From Verrucomicrobiota bacterium (lineage in GTDB: Bacteria; Verrucomicrobiota; Verrucomicrobiia; Limisphaerales; UBA1096): a DNA stretch of 64,000 nt. Position numbers and translations under genes: made by a program. Below the pieces are notes generated by a model that was not told the origin of the DNA, searched no databases, and saw only the letters and a program-made list of their open reading frames with translations. Location: NCBI GenBank assembly GCA_036166355.1, contig JAYZHR010000025.1, forward strand, positions 131 through 64,130. Direction: 5' to 3'. Shown here piece by piece: positions 54,237 to 63,099 of the stretch (its first letter is position 1; each line of letters opens with the position of its first letter).

Positions 54237-56852
54237 TTAATTCAAAAACAAAAATTCGTTGCTGCTTAGAAGTACGCGGCACCAGGCATTCCAAGCTTGG
54301 GGTTCATCGGCTGCTAATGTGTAAGTTTGAATAAATTTGCCTGCTTGTTCGATCTCTTTTTCAGAGGCCGCTCTTCCTAGTGCTAATTCATGAGCCAAAT
54401 GGATACGGTTATTTATATCAATCGAGTGTTGAGTTAAACGTTTGGCAAAGGCCGCGGCTTGGGCATGCAAAAATTCATTGTTTAAAAAGTAAAGCGCTTG
54501 TGTGGGGACATTGCTCAAGCGCCGTTGCCCCGTACTTGCATTGGTGTCAGCCCCGTCAAATAATGCCATCAAGGGTCTGCGCTGGATGCGCTGCGCCATT
54601 AGAAATACACTGCGATAATAATGGTTGTAATTGGCGCGAAATGGAGTGTGTTGAGTATAATTTTTGGCAGCTGGAAAGGGGTGTCCACTTGGTGTTGAAT
54701 AATCAATCTTTTGTCCAAGGGAGAGTAGTGTATCCCGAAGCTCTTCAGCACTTAATCGGCGAGACTTAAATGCCCCGTAAAGCTTTTGTTCGGGCCCTTC
54801 CTTGCAAGCAATTTGGTATGCTTTGGAGTTCATGATCATCCGGTGCAATTCCTTAATTGACCAGTTATTCTTGATAAACTGCAATGATAGCCAATCGAGT
54901 AATGCTGTGTGGGTTGGCTTTTGTCCCTGAGTGCCAAAGTCATTTGGGGTAGTAACAAGTCCTCGCCCAAAATGATTTAGCCAAACTCGATTAACAATTA
55001 CTCGGGCAGTCAGTGGATTCTTAGCACTGCTAATCCATTCTGCCAGCTGTAGGCGCCCACTACCCTCTGTCACGCTTTGTCCGCCAAGAAGATCAAGGTT
55101 TTTCCTAGGGATGGGCTCCCCTAAATCTTTTGGATTGCCTCGGAGGTGCATTTTTTCATTAATTAATTTTCCTTCAGTTACGCCGTATGCATGAGCAATT
55201 TTAATTTCCTTTTTTGTCCATTCGATTATTCGTTTTTCTGCTACTTGTACGGCAGCCAATGCTTTTTTTGGTTTAGCCAATAATGGCAAAAAATTGCCCT
55301 TCAAATGAATCAGTTTCCATGAGACGCCGTTACCATATTTATGGCCATCTTTCACAAGCCCCTGAATATTTATGGAACCATTAATTGGGCTAGTCCATCC
55401 TACGCCGACAGGGCCATCAGCAGCCGGGTGGACGAAAAATGTTTTCGGAGGGAGAGTTGTCCAAGCTTTAATTGGGGTATTATTTGCGTTAACAAATGCG
55501 GACGGTAGAGGGTTAGTGCGCCAGACATTATTCCCGATGTGACCTTCATTGTCCTTAACAGGTATTTCTAGTAGTTTGCCTGGCAGACGTGCATCCAGAA
55601 ATAACCATGTATATGGGTTGCCCATCTTGTCTGGATGTGGGTTGCCAGAGAGAAAATCATCCACGACCTCATCTGTAATATTCCAGCTTAGGCCTTTACT
55701 TCGAAGCTCAGTCATTTCCATTTCAATGATGGTTGTGTCCGCCCCGTAGTCGCCATCTTTGGCATCAACAATGAGTTGAATCATATCTCCTTTATGGACA
55801 TTAAGATTCTCAATAAGATATGCCTCCTGAGCACCAACATTAATCTCTCCATCTTTGATTAATGTGGCTGGTTGACTTGCCATCTTCGCGAATTCGTCGG
55901 AAGCAGTGCTTAACAGGTGCTTTGCTGATTTTAACTCTTGTTCGAGTTTTAATTTATGTTCTTCCCAAGCTTTCTTCCGCTCTTTGATTTCTTTCGAATT
56001 ATTCAATGGAACCAAGTCGGTGATGGGCCGGTTTCCCTCCGACCCAGGGAAAGAATAAAGAGAGCTTGCGAAAATGCCGTATAATCCATAGTAGTCACGT
56101 GCGGATATGGGATCATACTTGTGATCATGGCAGCGAGCACAGGCGATTGTTAGTCCCAAAAAAGATTTGCCTAGTGTATCGATGGTATCCTCAATGGTAA
56201 GGTAGTGATCCTTTTTTGCATCATGACCGTGCCGGCGCGATATAGCTAGATAGCCGGTTGCTACAATCAGATCTGCATAGCGATCTGGTGAACAATCACT
56301 ATCTTTCTTTGCTATTATGTCCCCAGCTAATTGTTCACGAATAAATTGATTAAAAGGAGTATCATTGTTGAATGCCTTGATGACATAATTGCGGTAACGC
56401 CAGGCATCATCCACAGGCATATCAGAATTCTCTCCGGCTGTATCTGCATACCGGACGACATCTAACCAATGTCGACCCCATCGTTCGCCATACCTTGGTG
56501 AAGCTAGAAGTCTTTCGATAACTTTGGTGAAAGCGTTTGGTGAAGGGTCGTTTATAAAGGATATGATTTCGGTGGGAGTGGGGGGTAATCCTGTGAGATC
56601 ATAGGTAGCCCGTCGAATCAGCGTTCGTTTATTAGCCATTTCATTTGGAGAGAATCCAGCTGCCTCCATTTTTGCCAAAAGGAAACGGTCAATGTCTGTC
56701 TTAGGCCAATTGTGGTTGTTTACAGTTGGGATAGCTGGTTCAGTTGGTTTAACGAATGACCAATGAGTTTTGGGTGTTGAGTTTTCCTCGCTTTTGGTTG
56801 AAGTGATCAACGTAAAGTAAAGAAAAAGTAATATTATAGCTGCTCGTATCAT
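54237..56852 (-). CDS. DUF1549 + DUF1553 large secreted protein (no N-terminal PSCyt domain; one CxxCH motif)
   Basis: Signal peptide. DIDRFLLAKMEAAGFSP...LIRRATYDLTGLPPT (DUF1549-like), ACARCHDHKYDP, and NPLTARVIVNRVWLNHFGRGLV (DUF1553-like). Confidence 0.85.
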   Translation of the reverse strand: MIRAAIILLFLYFTLITSTKSEENSTPKTHWSFVKPTEPAIPTVNNHNWPKTDIDRFLLAKMEAAGFSPNEMANKRTLIRRATYDLTGLPPTPTEIISFINDPSPNAFTKVIERLLASPRYGERWGRHWLDVVRYADTAGENSDMPVDDAWRYRNYVIKAFNNDTPFNQFIREQLAGDIIAKKDSDCSPDRYADLIVATGYLAISRRHGHDAKKDHYLTIEDTIDTLGKSFLGLTIACARCHDHKYDPISARDYYGLYGIFASSLYSFPGSEGNRPITDLVPLNNSKEIKERKKAWEEHKLKLEQELKSAKHLLSTASDEFAKMASQPATLIKDGEINVGAQEAYLIENLNVHKGDMIQLIVDAKDGDYGADTTIIEMEMTELRSKGLSWNITDEVVDDFLSGNPHPDKMGNPYTWLFLDARLPGKLLEIPVKDNEGHIGNNVWRTNPLPSAFVNANNTPIKAWTTLPPKTFFVHPAADGPVGVGWTSPINGSINIQGLVKDGHKYGNGVSWKLIHLKGNFLPLLAKPKKALAAVQVAEKRIIEWTKKEIKIAHAYGVTEGKLINEKMHLRGNPKDLGEPIPRKNLDLLGGQSVTEGSGRLQLAEWISSAKNPLTARVIVNRVWLNHFGRGLVTTPNDFGTQGQKPTHTALLDWLSLQFIKNNWSIKELHRMIMNSKAYQIACKEGPEQKLYGAFKSRRLSAEELRDTLLSLGQKIDYSTPSGHPFPAAKNYTQHTPFRANYNHYYRSVFLMAQRIQRRPLMALFDGADTNASTGQRRLSNVPTQALYFLNNEFLHAQAAAFAKRLTQHSIDINNRIHLAHELALGRAASEKEIEQAGKFIQTYTLAADEPQAWNAWCRVLLSSNEFLFLN

Positions 56853-56911
56853 CCCTTGGGGGCTCGACTGAAGCTACCTTCAAGTAGCTTCTGCGCAACT
56901 CAAAAAAATGA

Positions 56912-58897
56912 TTATCGATCAATACGACTATCGAAATAGCGTTTAAGATGTGGTAGATCGTACCAAAGAAGTGCATTTGGGACGACGTGATCAGCCATGT
57001 CACTTCGAAGTGGTTTGGCGACTAAGTCTTTTTCCCAACTATTTATTGGAGATTCTTTTAGTGATAATTTTGATATGCGCTTATCTAAGGCAGCTGCATG
57101 TAAGGCGACCGGGGCGGCTGCGTTTAAGCCAATCAAACTAATATTTCTTTTTGCGTCTAAGCTATCAATAAAATCAATCACTGTGAGAAGGTCGGCGACA
57201 CGTTGTCCAAGCAGTGGTCGGCCTATGTGAGTTGAAACATTGGCGGTCCGATGAGAATGGCTTTGGTACTTTTGATTGCTCCCCTGATCTTTTGTTTCAC
57301 CAAACCCCCGAAGGTCTACAGTTAAAAGGGCTGTCTGCTTATTGAGCAATTTCCGGATAATTCCGGATTTCATGCAGTTATTTATTCCTAGACTATCGGT
57401 AATTATAACGAAATCCAGTGCCTTGTTTGCATGATTGAGAGGCCGGAAAAGTACCGCGGGCACCGGCATTCCATCAGGTTGTTTGAGTATGAATTTATCT
57501 ACTTCTGCCCATTTGGTTTCTATACTCTCAACCTTGTGGATCTTCGCCCTGATGGGTGTTTTTGAAAGCCCTATTAACTTACGCACCTTAGCCAAAGCCT
57601 TTTGTTCATTGGTTTCCCAAAATTTATCACGTTGATCTTTCAGTTTTTGGGCTAGCTGCAAGTTAATAGCAGCGATATCCATTTCAGTTTCAAAGTCCTT
57701 ATAGACTTGGCCGCTTTTTGTAACTTGTAATTCAGTGTCGTTGAAGAGCTGAATGTAATTCGGTTCGATTACGGTAAATGGATCATTATAAAGCCACTGA
57801 AGCATCCAGCGGGTTGCCTCTTGGCGATGTTCGACATGCATCCCATGTTCCGCCTTGCATTCATAGTAGGAGAATCGTCTGGGAGCTCTCAGTAGGGAGA
57901 AGACTGATTGTGCATCGCGTATTGTTTCTCGTGTAGAGTCGATTTCAAAAAAATCTTGAGTTGCTGCAAGGATGGTGGTTGGCCGAGGCGCCCGCATTAG
58001 GCTATAGTCGATATGATCGATTCCGTTTAATCCTTCATTTGCTAGATGTTGGCAGCCATCAGCGGGGCCGCTATGGCCTAAGAATTTATCGGTTCGTTGC
58101 ATTGTATAACACGATGGTGCAGCAGGCCCAATACGGTCATCCAGTGCCATTAGGAATGTGGTCTGAGTTCCTCCTCCACTTGTGCCTGTCATGCCTATTG
58201 GTTTGGAGCTGTCAACTTCAGGGCGAGATAGCAGATAGTCGATAGCTCGGATTCCGTCCCATGCCGAGTACCAGACGACACTGCGGCCAACTAGCCTTGA
58301 CCCATGATTTAGTAAGGTATGTGTAGTCGTACCATACCTTTTAGCATTAGGTTGCTGTGTTCTTTCGCCTTGGGAGACTGGATCATAACTTAGAACCACA
58401 AATCCGTTTTGAGCAAGCAAAGCACAGGCAGTTTGATAAGCCGGGTATGCCTTTCCGTTAGCCGAGTGCCCGCATGCAAATAGCACGCCAGGCCATGGGC
58501 CATTTCCTTTTGGGGGGAGATATAGAAGAGCGGTGACATGATGATTGGGAAGGCTTTCGAATAGCACCTTTTCCACTCTGTAGGTCATCCCATCTAGTCG
58601 TCCAGTGACTTGGGCATTTAATGCTGTTTTATCTGGAAATGTTCCGATTATTCTGCGGTATCTATCGTTTAGGCTAACTAAATGTTGCCTAATGGTTTTG
58701 GTGGATTGAAGGGCTTTAGACAATTGTTTTGCCCGTATTTGGTCAAGGTGACGGCTTTTAGCAATTAGAGTATTCCAAAGTACTTGGTTTTGATCGCCTT
58801 TCAATACTTGAAAATCTGAGGTTTGTTCGCCTCGTCCATTGGCATGGCCAATACTAAACGAAAGCACAATGAGACATGCTTGTAACCTTAGGATCAT
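56912..58897 (-). CDS. secreted protein with two alpha/beta-hydrolase-like halves (acetyl-xylan-esterase/dienelactone-hydrolase-like)
   Basis: Signal peptide. The first half has an intact nucleophile elbow GMTGTSGGG. The second half has the elbow position as LIGLNAAAP, with Asn in place of Ser. Confidence 0.6.
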   Translation of the reverse strand: MILRLQACLIVLSFSIGHANGRGEQTSDFQVLKGDQNQVLWNTLIAKSRHLDQIRAKQLSKALQSTKTIRQHLVSLNDRYRRIIGTFPDKTALNAQVTGRLDGMTYRVEKVLFESLPNHHVTALLYLPPKGNGPWPGVLFACGHSANGKAYPAYQTACALLAQNGFVVLSYDPVSQGERTQQPNAKRYGTTTHTLLNHGSRLVGRSVVWYSAWDGIRAIDYLLSRPEVDSSKPIGMTGTSGGGTQTTFLMALDDRIGPAAPSCYTMQRTDKFLGHSGPADGCQHLANEGLNGIDHIDYSLMRAPRPTTILAATQDFFEIDSTRETIRDAQSVFSLLRAPRRFSYYECKAEHGMHVEHRQEATRWMLQWLYNDPFTVIEPNYIQLFNDTELQVTKSGQVYKDFETEMDIAAINLQLAQKLKDQRDKFWETNEQKALAKVRKLIGLSKTPIRAKIHKVESIETKWAEVDKFILKQPDGMPVPAVLFRPLNHANKALDFVIITDSLGINNCMKSGIIRKLLNKQTALLTVDLRGFGETKDQGSNQKYQSHSHRTANVSTHIGRPLLGQRVADLLTVIDFIDSLDAKRNISLIGLNAAAPVALHAAALDKRISKLSLKESPINSWEKDLVAKPLRSDMADHVVPNALLWYDLPHLKRYFDSRIDR

Positions 58898-58914
58898 GTG
58901 CTGGGAATTATTAC

Positions 58915-59670
58915 TTAAAAACGAAGTGGCGTCACCACCTCAGGCTGTTTATTATATATCTCGTTTAACCGTCGAGTTTCATCGATTCGCAAGTCGTCAA
59001 ATTCATCCGCTTTTTCTAGATCTCCTTTCTTTAATGCCAGACTCCATTTTTGCAGAGCCTGAATATAGTCTTGAAAAGCTCCTTTGTATCCTTCGTCCAA
59101 ATGGTCGACTTTTATTTTTTTTAATTTTGCAACAGCTTCAGACACGGCTTTGGATTGGTCTTGAGGAGTTTGGGATGAATTCATCGTATTGATCATTTTG
59201 GACTCGATGGAAACTACTCGTTCATGAGTTTTAACGACTCCGCCTTTGAAAAGGCCATCCCCGAATCCGAAATTTAACAAAAAAGCGCCTACAGCAAATA
59301 CTCCCACAATCATGGCAGTCAAGGATCCGGAGGTTTTGGAAGCTCTTGTTTCCCTTAGTGCAGTGTTGGACCCAGTCAAGCTTCTTGCAACATTCGTTGC
59401 AGTTGCGGATCCCGCAGTAATATCGTTACTCAAATTACGAAGTACATCATCTGTGTTGGTCCCTTGTGTGGATTGTTGCTGTGAGATTTGCTTCTTTGAG
59501 AGGCCGGGGGGCTTAGGCGCTTTGGTTAATTTTAATTTTGGTTGTGTGGATGCAGGCTCGCTGGGAGGCACGGTAAAACTTCCATTGCAGACTGGGCAAT
59601 CGATTGTTTGGCCGGCCATTTCCTCTGGTATTTCCAGATTTTGACTACAACTTGGACAAGGTATTTTCAT
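58915..59670 (-). CDS. zinc-ribbon membrane protein (function unknown)
   Basis: N-terminal CPSC...17 aa...CPVC zinc-ribbon (MKIPCPSCSQNLEIPEEMAGQTIDCPVCNGSF), an S/T/Q-rich linker, one TM helix (LTAMIVGVFAVGAFLLNFGF) and a helical C-terminal domain. Confidence 0.5.
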   Translation of the reverse strand: MKIPCPSCSQNLEIPEEMAGQTIDCPVCNGSFTVPPSEPASTQPKLKLTKAPKPPGLSKKQISQQQSTQGTNTDDVLRNLSNDITAGSATATNVARSLTGSNTALRETRASKTSGSLTAMIVGVFAVGAFLLNFGFGDGLFKGGVVKTHERVVSIESKMINTMNSSQTPQDQSKAVSEAVAKLKKIKVDHLDEGYKGAFQDYIQALQKWSLALKKGDLEKADEFDDLRIDETRRLNEIYNKQPEVVTPLRF

Positions 59671-59818
59671 GTACTATGGTAATAGTATATAGAGGCATAA
59701 TTATCGTTTATATATATTATTGTCAATTAGTGTCCTCCTTAAAAAAGTGAAAAAAGGGCTTGTAAGGGATAGGTTTTCCAGTACTTTGCTCCACCCCCTG
59801 CTGAGGAGGGGAGGTAAA

Positions 59819-60076
59819 ATGTCCAGAGTTTGTGAATTAACAGGAACTGGCCCCGTTACAGGGAGCCGTATCCGCCGAAGCGGTAAAGCCAAGAAAAAAG
59901 GCGGTATCGGGATGCATGTTACTAAGGTTGTGAAGCGTCGTTTCCTGCCGAACTTGCAGCGAGTCAAGGCGGTTGTAGATGGTGAAGTCAAATACATCCG
60001 TGTTACTGCCAAGGCTATTAAGAAAGGTCTAGTGACTAAGCCGCCCAAGCGTAACTGGAAGAAACCGGAAGCTTAA
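59819..60076 (+). CDS. rpmB: 50S ribosomal protein L28
   Basis: Internal ATG at 59819 preceded by GGAGGGGAGGT. MSRVCELTGTGPVTGSRIRRSGKAKKKGGIG...RRFLPNLQ is typical L28. The longer track ORF start is rejected. Confidence 0.9.
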   Translation: MSRVCELTGTGPVTGSRIRRSGKAKKKGGIGMHVTKVVKRRFLPNLQRVKAVVDGEVKYIRVTAKAIKKGLVTKPPKRNWKKPEA

Positions 60077-60095
60077 ATTTTAATGCAGAATTTTG

Positions 60096-60123
60096 AAGGG
60101 ACTCTATACGAGTCCCTTTTTTG
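60096..60123 (+). terminator. intrinsic terminator of rpmB
   Basis: GGGACTC (60098-60104) pairs with GAGTCCC (60110-60116) around a 5-nt loop, followed by TTTTTT (60117-60122). Confidence 0.7.
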
Positions 60124-60141
60124 TTTGATCGGTAAGCTTTT

Positions 60142-61500
60142 CTATTTGGAGATGCGGTAAAGGTGGGTTTTGGTCCGAAGTATGAAGGCATCTTTGTGTA
60201 TAGCGGGAGAGGCCATTAATCCATCGTCTAGCTGGTTAACCGCAAGTACTTTATATTCCGGGTTTGCTTCAATAACTGTAGTTTTGCCTTCTTCACTTGG
60301 GAAGAAAATACGTTTACCATCCGTGACAGGTGAAGCTGAGTAGTTACCCCCTACGCGTTCACTCCATACTACCTCGCCAGATTTCGCATCAACGCATGAA
60401 GCTACACCCCCATCAGCAATCATGTAGATGTGATCTTTGATCAACAGAATAGATGGTTTGTTGGATACGCTTCTTTTTAGTCTCCATTTTATATTTGTGT
60501 CAGCGGCTTCCCCTTTTGCTGCTGGGTCAACCGCGAGTAGTTGGCCTTTGGCAAAGCCGGTTGGGTAGTATACTAGTCCATGTCCGTAAACGGGCCTTGT
60601 GCTAGCGGAGTGTTGTGCCCTTTCAGTAATGCGCCAAAGCTCAGTTCCGGTCATTGGGTTGTACGCATAGCAAGCCATTGCTCCAACACTGATTAGTTGT
60701 GTTATCCCATTGTGTTGGATGATATGTGGCGTCGAATATCCCTTGCGCATATCTCCATCGCGGAAAGGTTTGCCGTCTGATCCAAGATCCTTGAAATCAA
60801 CACTTCTATTTGTTTGCCATACAGTTTTACCAGTGGATTTGTCCAGTGCTGCAATATATTGAAAATCGGCTCCGTCAAAAGTTAAGACTAATAGGTTTTT
60901 GTATAAAATTGGTGATGAGCCTGAGCCTCGGAAATGGTCACAAACAAAGTCATCTCGTGTCCATATCACTTTTTTTGTTTTGGTATTAAGGCAAGCTGTG
61001 CCAGGTGATCCCCAAGTGAGGTACACATGATTATCTTCAATAATTGGCGTTGGCGATGCGTAAGTATTGAACTTGTGAGCGTATTGTGGTTTTTCAATAA
61101 AAAATAAACGTTTTGAAAAGATGATCTTGCCATTTTTTCCATCAACGCAAATGGCCGTAAGTTCTTGCCCCTTCTCATCGGCTGTGGTTAGCCAAATGGA
61201 ATTTCCGGAAACTACAGGAGAAGACCAAGCGCGGCCGGGCAAACTAATTTTCCATTCGATATTTTTTGATTCGCTCCACTCGGTTGGAAGCTTGGTGCCG
61301 TCAGGAATAAAACCGGTACCAAGAGGTCCACGAAATTGTGGCCAATCAGCTTGAGCTGCAATTGATATGGCAAAAACTAATCCAATGCACGCAAGTCTTC
61401 TAACCGCGTACATGCTCCATAAAGCTATATTTGGGATAAGCATGTAATTGTCCTTATGCATTTTGAATTTCCGCTGCAAAAACCGTAGGAAGTCACGCAT
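60142..61500 (-). CDS. secreted PQQ-like (BamB-like) beta-propeller repeat protein
   Basis: ADWPQFRGPLGTGFIPDG motif after a signal peptide. Paralogue of 24940-26205. The true start is probably one of the internal ATGs (61461, 61443 or 61413). Confidence 0.7.
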   Translation of the reverse strand: MRDFLRFLQRKFKMHKDNYMLIPNIALWSMYAVRRLACIGLVFAISIAAQADWPQFRGPLGTGFIPDGTKLPTEWSESKNIEWKISLPGRAWSSPVVSGNSIWLTTADEKGQELTAICVDGKNGKIIFSKRLFFIEKPQYAHKFNTYASPTPIIEDNHVYLTWGSPGTACLNTKTKKVIWTRDDFVCDHFRGSGSSPILYKNLLVLTFDGADFQYIAALDKSTGKTVWQTNRSVDFKDLGSDGKPFRDGDMRKGYSTPHIIQHNGITQLISVGAMACYAYNPMTGTELWRITERAQHSASTRPVYGHGLVYYPTGFAKGQLLAVDPAAKGEAADTNIKWRLKRSVSNKPSILLIKDHIYMIADGGVASCVDAKSGEVVWSERVGGNYSASPVTDGKRIFFPSEEGKTTVIEANPEYKVLAVNQLDDGLMASPAIHKDAFILRTKTHLYRISK

Positions 61501-61531
61501 GCTATATCGGGTCTCGCAAGTAAAAATGGTA

Positions 61532-62032
61532 CTAATTGGATTTAAGGCGTTGCCAGATTAGAATGAATGCCGGAGCAAAATCCTCAGGAGATTTGGAGAT
61601 CCACTCGTCAATTTTATCCAAAGTGAACCATCCTCCATCTGATATTTCCTCGGGGTCCAGCTGAAATGGGCCTTCATGTTGCAAGCGGTAAATCCACACG
61701 AATTCCTGACCAGTTTCTTCACAAGCGCTAATCTTAAATAGACGCTCAGGAGGTTGACTGAGTTCTAGGCCTAATTCCTCCTTGGGTTCACGAATTATAC
61801 AATCATCATAGTTTTCTCCGGAATCAAGATGGCCAGAGGCAGAAGAGTCCCAAGTATTGGGAAAGCAGTCTTTTTGCTTGGAACGTTTTTGAAGGAAAAG
61901 TTCACCTTTTGAATTGTAGACTAACAAATGAATTGCACGATGCCGCAAACCAAGCTGATGAACTTCACTGCGGGGACGTTGTCCGATTATTTCATCATTT
62001 TCATCTACTATATCAAAAATTTCTTCACTCAT
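61532..62032 (-). CDS. NUDIX hydrolase
   Basis: Nudix box GHLDSGENYDDCIIREPKEELGL (G-x5-E-x7-R-E-x2-E-E-x-G). Confidence 0.8.
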   Translation of the reverse strand: MSEEIFDIVDENDEIIGQRPRSEVHQLGLRHRAIHLLVYNSKGELFLQKRSKQKDCFPNTWDSSASGHLDSGENYDDCIIREPKEELGLELSQPPERLFKISACEETGQEFVWIYRLQHEGPFQLDPEEISDGGWFTLDKIDEWISKSPEDFAPAFILIWQRLKSN

Positions 62033-62033
62033 T

Positions 62034-62864
62034 TTACAGTGTTTGATTAAGAAGTTTAGTCATTTCAACAAATTGTTCGAGAGATACTTTTTCCCCGCGA
62101 ACTTTTTCGTCTAGGCCTAGTGATTCAAAAGCGGTAATAACAGCTTCAGCGGGCCAGTCGTGCTTGAGTAGTTTCATAAGTTTTTTTCGTCGTTCAGAGA
62201 ATCCGCGTTTAATAATGCGCTTGAAGATGTCGGCTTCTGTGGATGTAAGCATTGGGCTTTCACGCCGCAGTAATTGTATGCAGCATGAATCTACATTTGG
62301 CTCCGGAAAAAATGAGCCGCGTGGGATTTCAAATGACTCTCCAGTCGAATAGTGAAGACCAATTAGTAGAGTGAGTACCCCGTACTGTTTAGTCCCAGAT
62401 TTGGCCATAAGTCTACGCGCAACTTCAAGTTGAAGTGTAACAATCATTGCTCGTGGGCGATTTTTTGCCCAAGCCAAATCAACCATTAGTGGAGAAGCTA
62501 TGGAGTAAGGTAAATTTGCGACAAGTTTGTACTGTGTCCAGTCTTGTTCTGATTTGCGAATTAGCCTTAATGCATCCCCGTGCTTGAGGGAAAAATTGTC
62601 ACGATTTCCAAAACGCTGTTTTAGTAAATCAATGAGGCGATGGTCTTTTTCGATGGCTGTCACCTGTGCAGCCGCTTGCAGCAAGGGATCGGTCAGCGGC
62701 CCGAGGCCAGGTCCAATTTCAAGAATCTTGTCACCAGCTTCCACTTGAGCAAGTGCCACTATCTTTCGTAATTGATGGTGATCATGTAAAAAATTTTGCC
62801 CTAGCGATTTAGTCAGCTGTATATCTTCCTCACGAAGAATGTTTCTGATTTCGGATAACTTCAT
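62034..62864 (-). CDS. rsmA: 16S rRNA (adenine1518-N6/adenine1519-N6)-dimethyltransferase RsmA/KsgA
   Basis: KSLGQNFLHD signature and the ILEIGPGLGPLT SAM motif. 276 aa. Confidence 0.9.
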   Translation of the reverse strand: MKLSEIRNILREEDIQLTKSLGQNFLHDHHQLRKIVALAQVEAGDKILEIGPGLGPLTDPLLQAAAQVTAIEKDHRLIDLLKQRFGNRDNFSLKHGDALRLIRKSEQDWTQYKLVANLPYSIASPLMVDLAWAKNRPRAMIVTLQLEVARRLMAKSGTKQYGVLTLLIGLHYSTGESFEIPRGSFFPEPNVDSCCIQLLRRESPMLTSTEADIFKRIIKRGFSERRKKLMKLLKHDWPAEAVITAFESLGLDEKVRGEKVSLEQFVEMTKLLNQTL

Positions 62865-63097
62865 ACGTAAGTATCCTTAACTGCTTTATCGAGCGATTGA
62901 ATAAAACGACTAATATGTGATTTACCTATTGTAAGTAGCGGGGTAATAGGCTGAATTATAAAACCCTTTGATAGCAAGTTTTTGGCAATACTTAATGTGA
63001 TTGATTCGGCTGGGGAACCATATTCCTCAATATATGTTACGTTACGCGATTTATAATTGCGAAGAGCCTCTATCGTTTTGTTGATGGATCTTTTCAC
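62861..63097 (-). CDS. hypothetical 78-aa protein
   Basis: GTG start 2 nt after the queE stop, and a stop overlapping the rsmA ATG by 4 nt. It fills an otherwise 235-nt gap. No family recognised and there is no internal Met. Confidence 0.35.
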   Translation of the reverse strand: MKRSINKTIEALRNYKSRNVTYIEEYGSPAESITLSIAKNLLSKGFIIQPITPLLTIGKSHISRFIQSLDKAVKDTYV

Positions 63098-63099
63098 GG

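Noticed and set aside
59701-60048. 115-aa minus-strand ORF, plus the long plus-strand form (from 59720) of the rpmB ORF.
   Set aside because: The minus ORF is antisense to the unmistakable L28 sequence. The upstream part of the plus ORF has no L28 similarity, and the internal ATG at 59819 has a strong GGAGG-type site.
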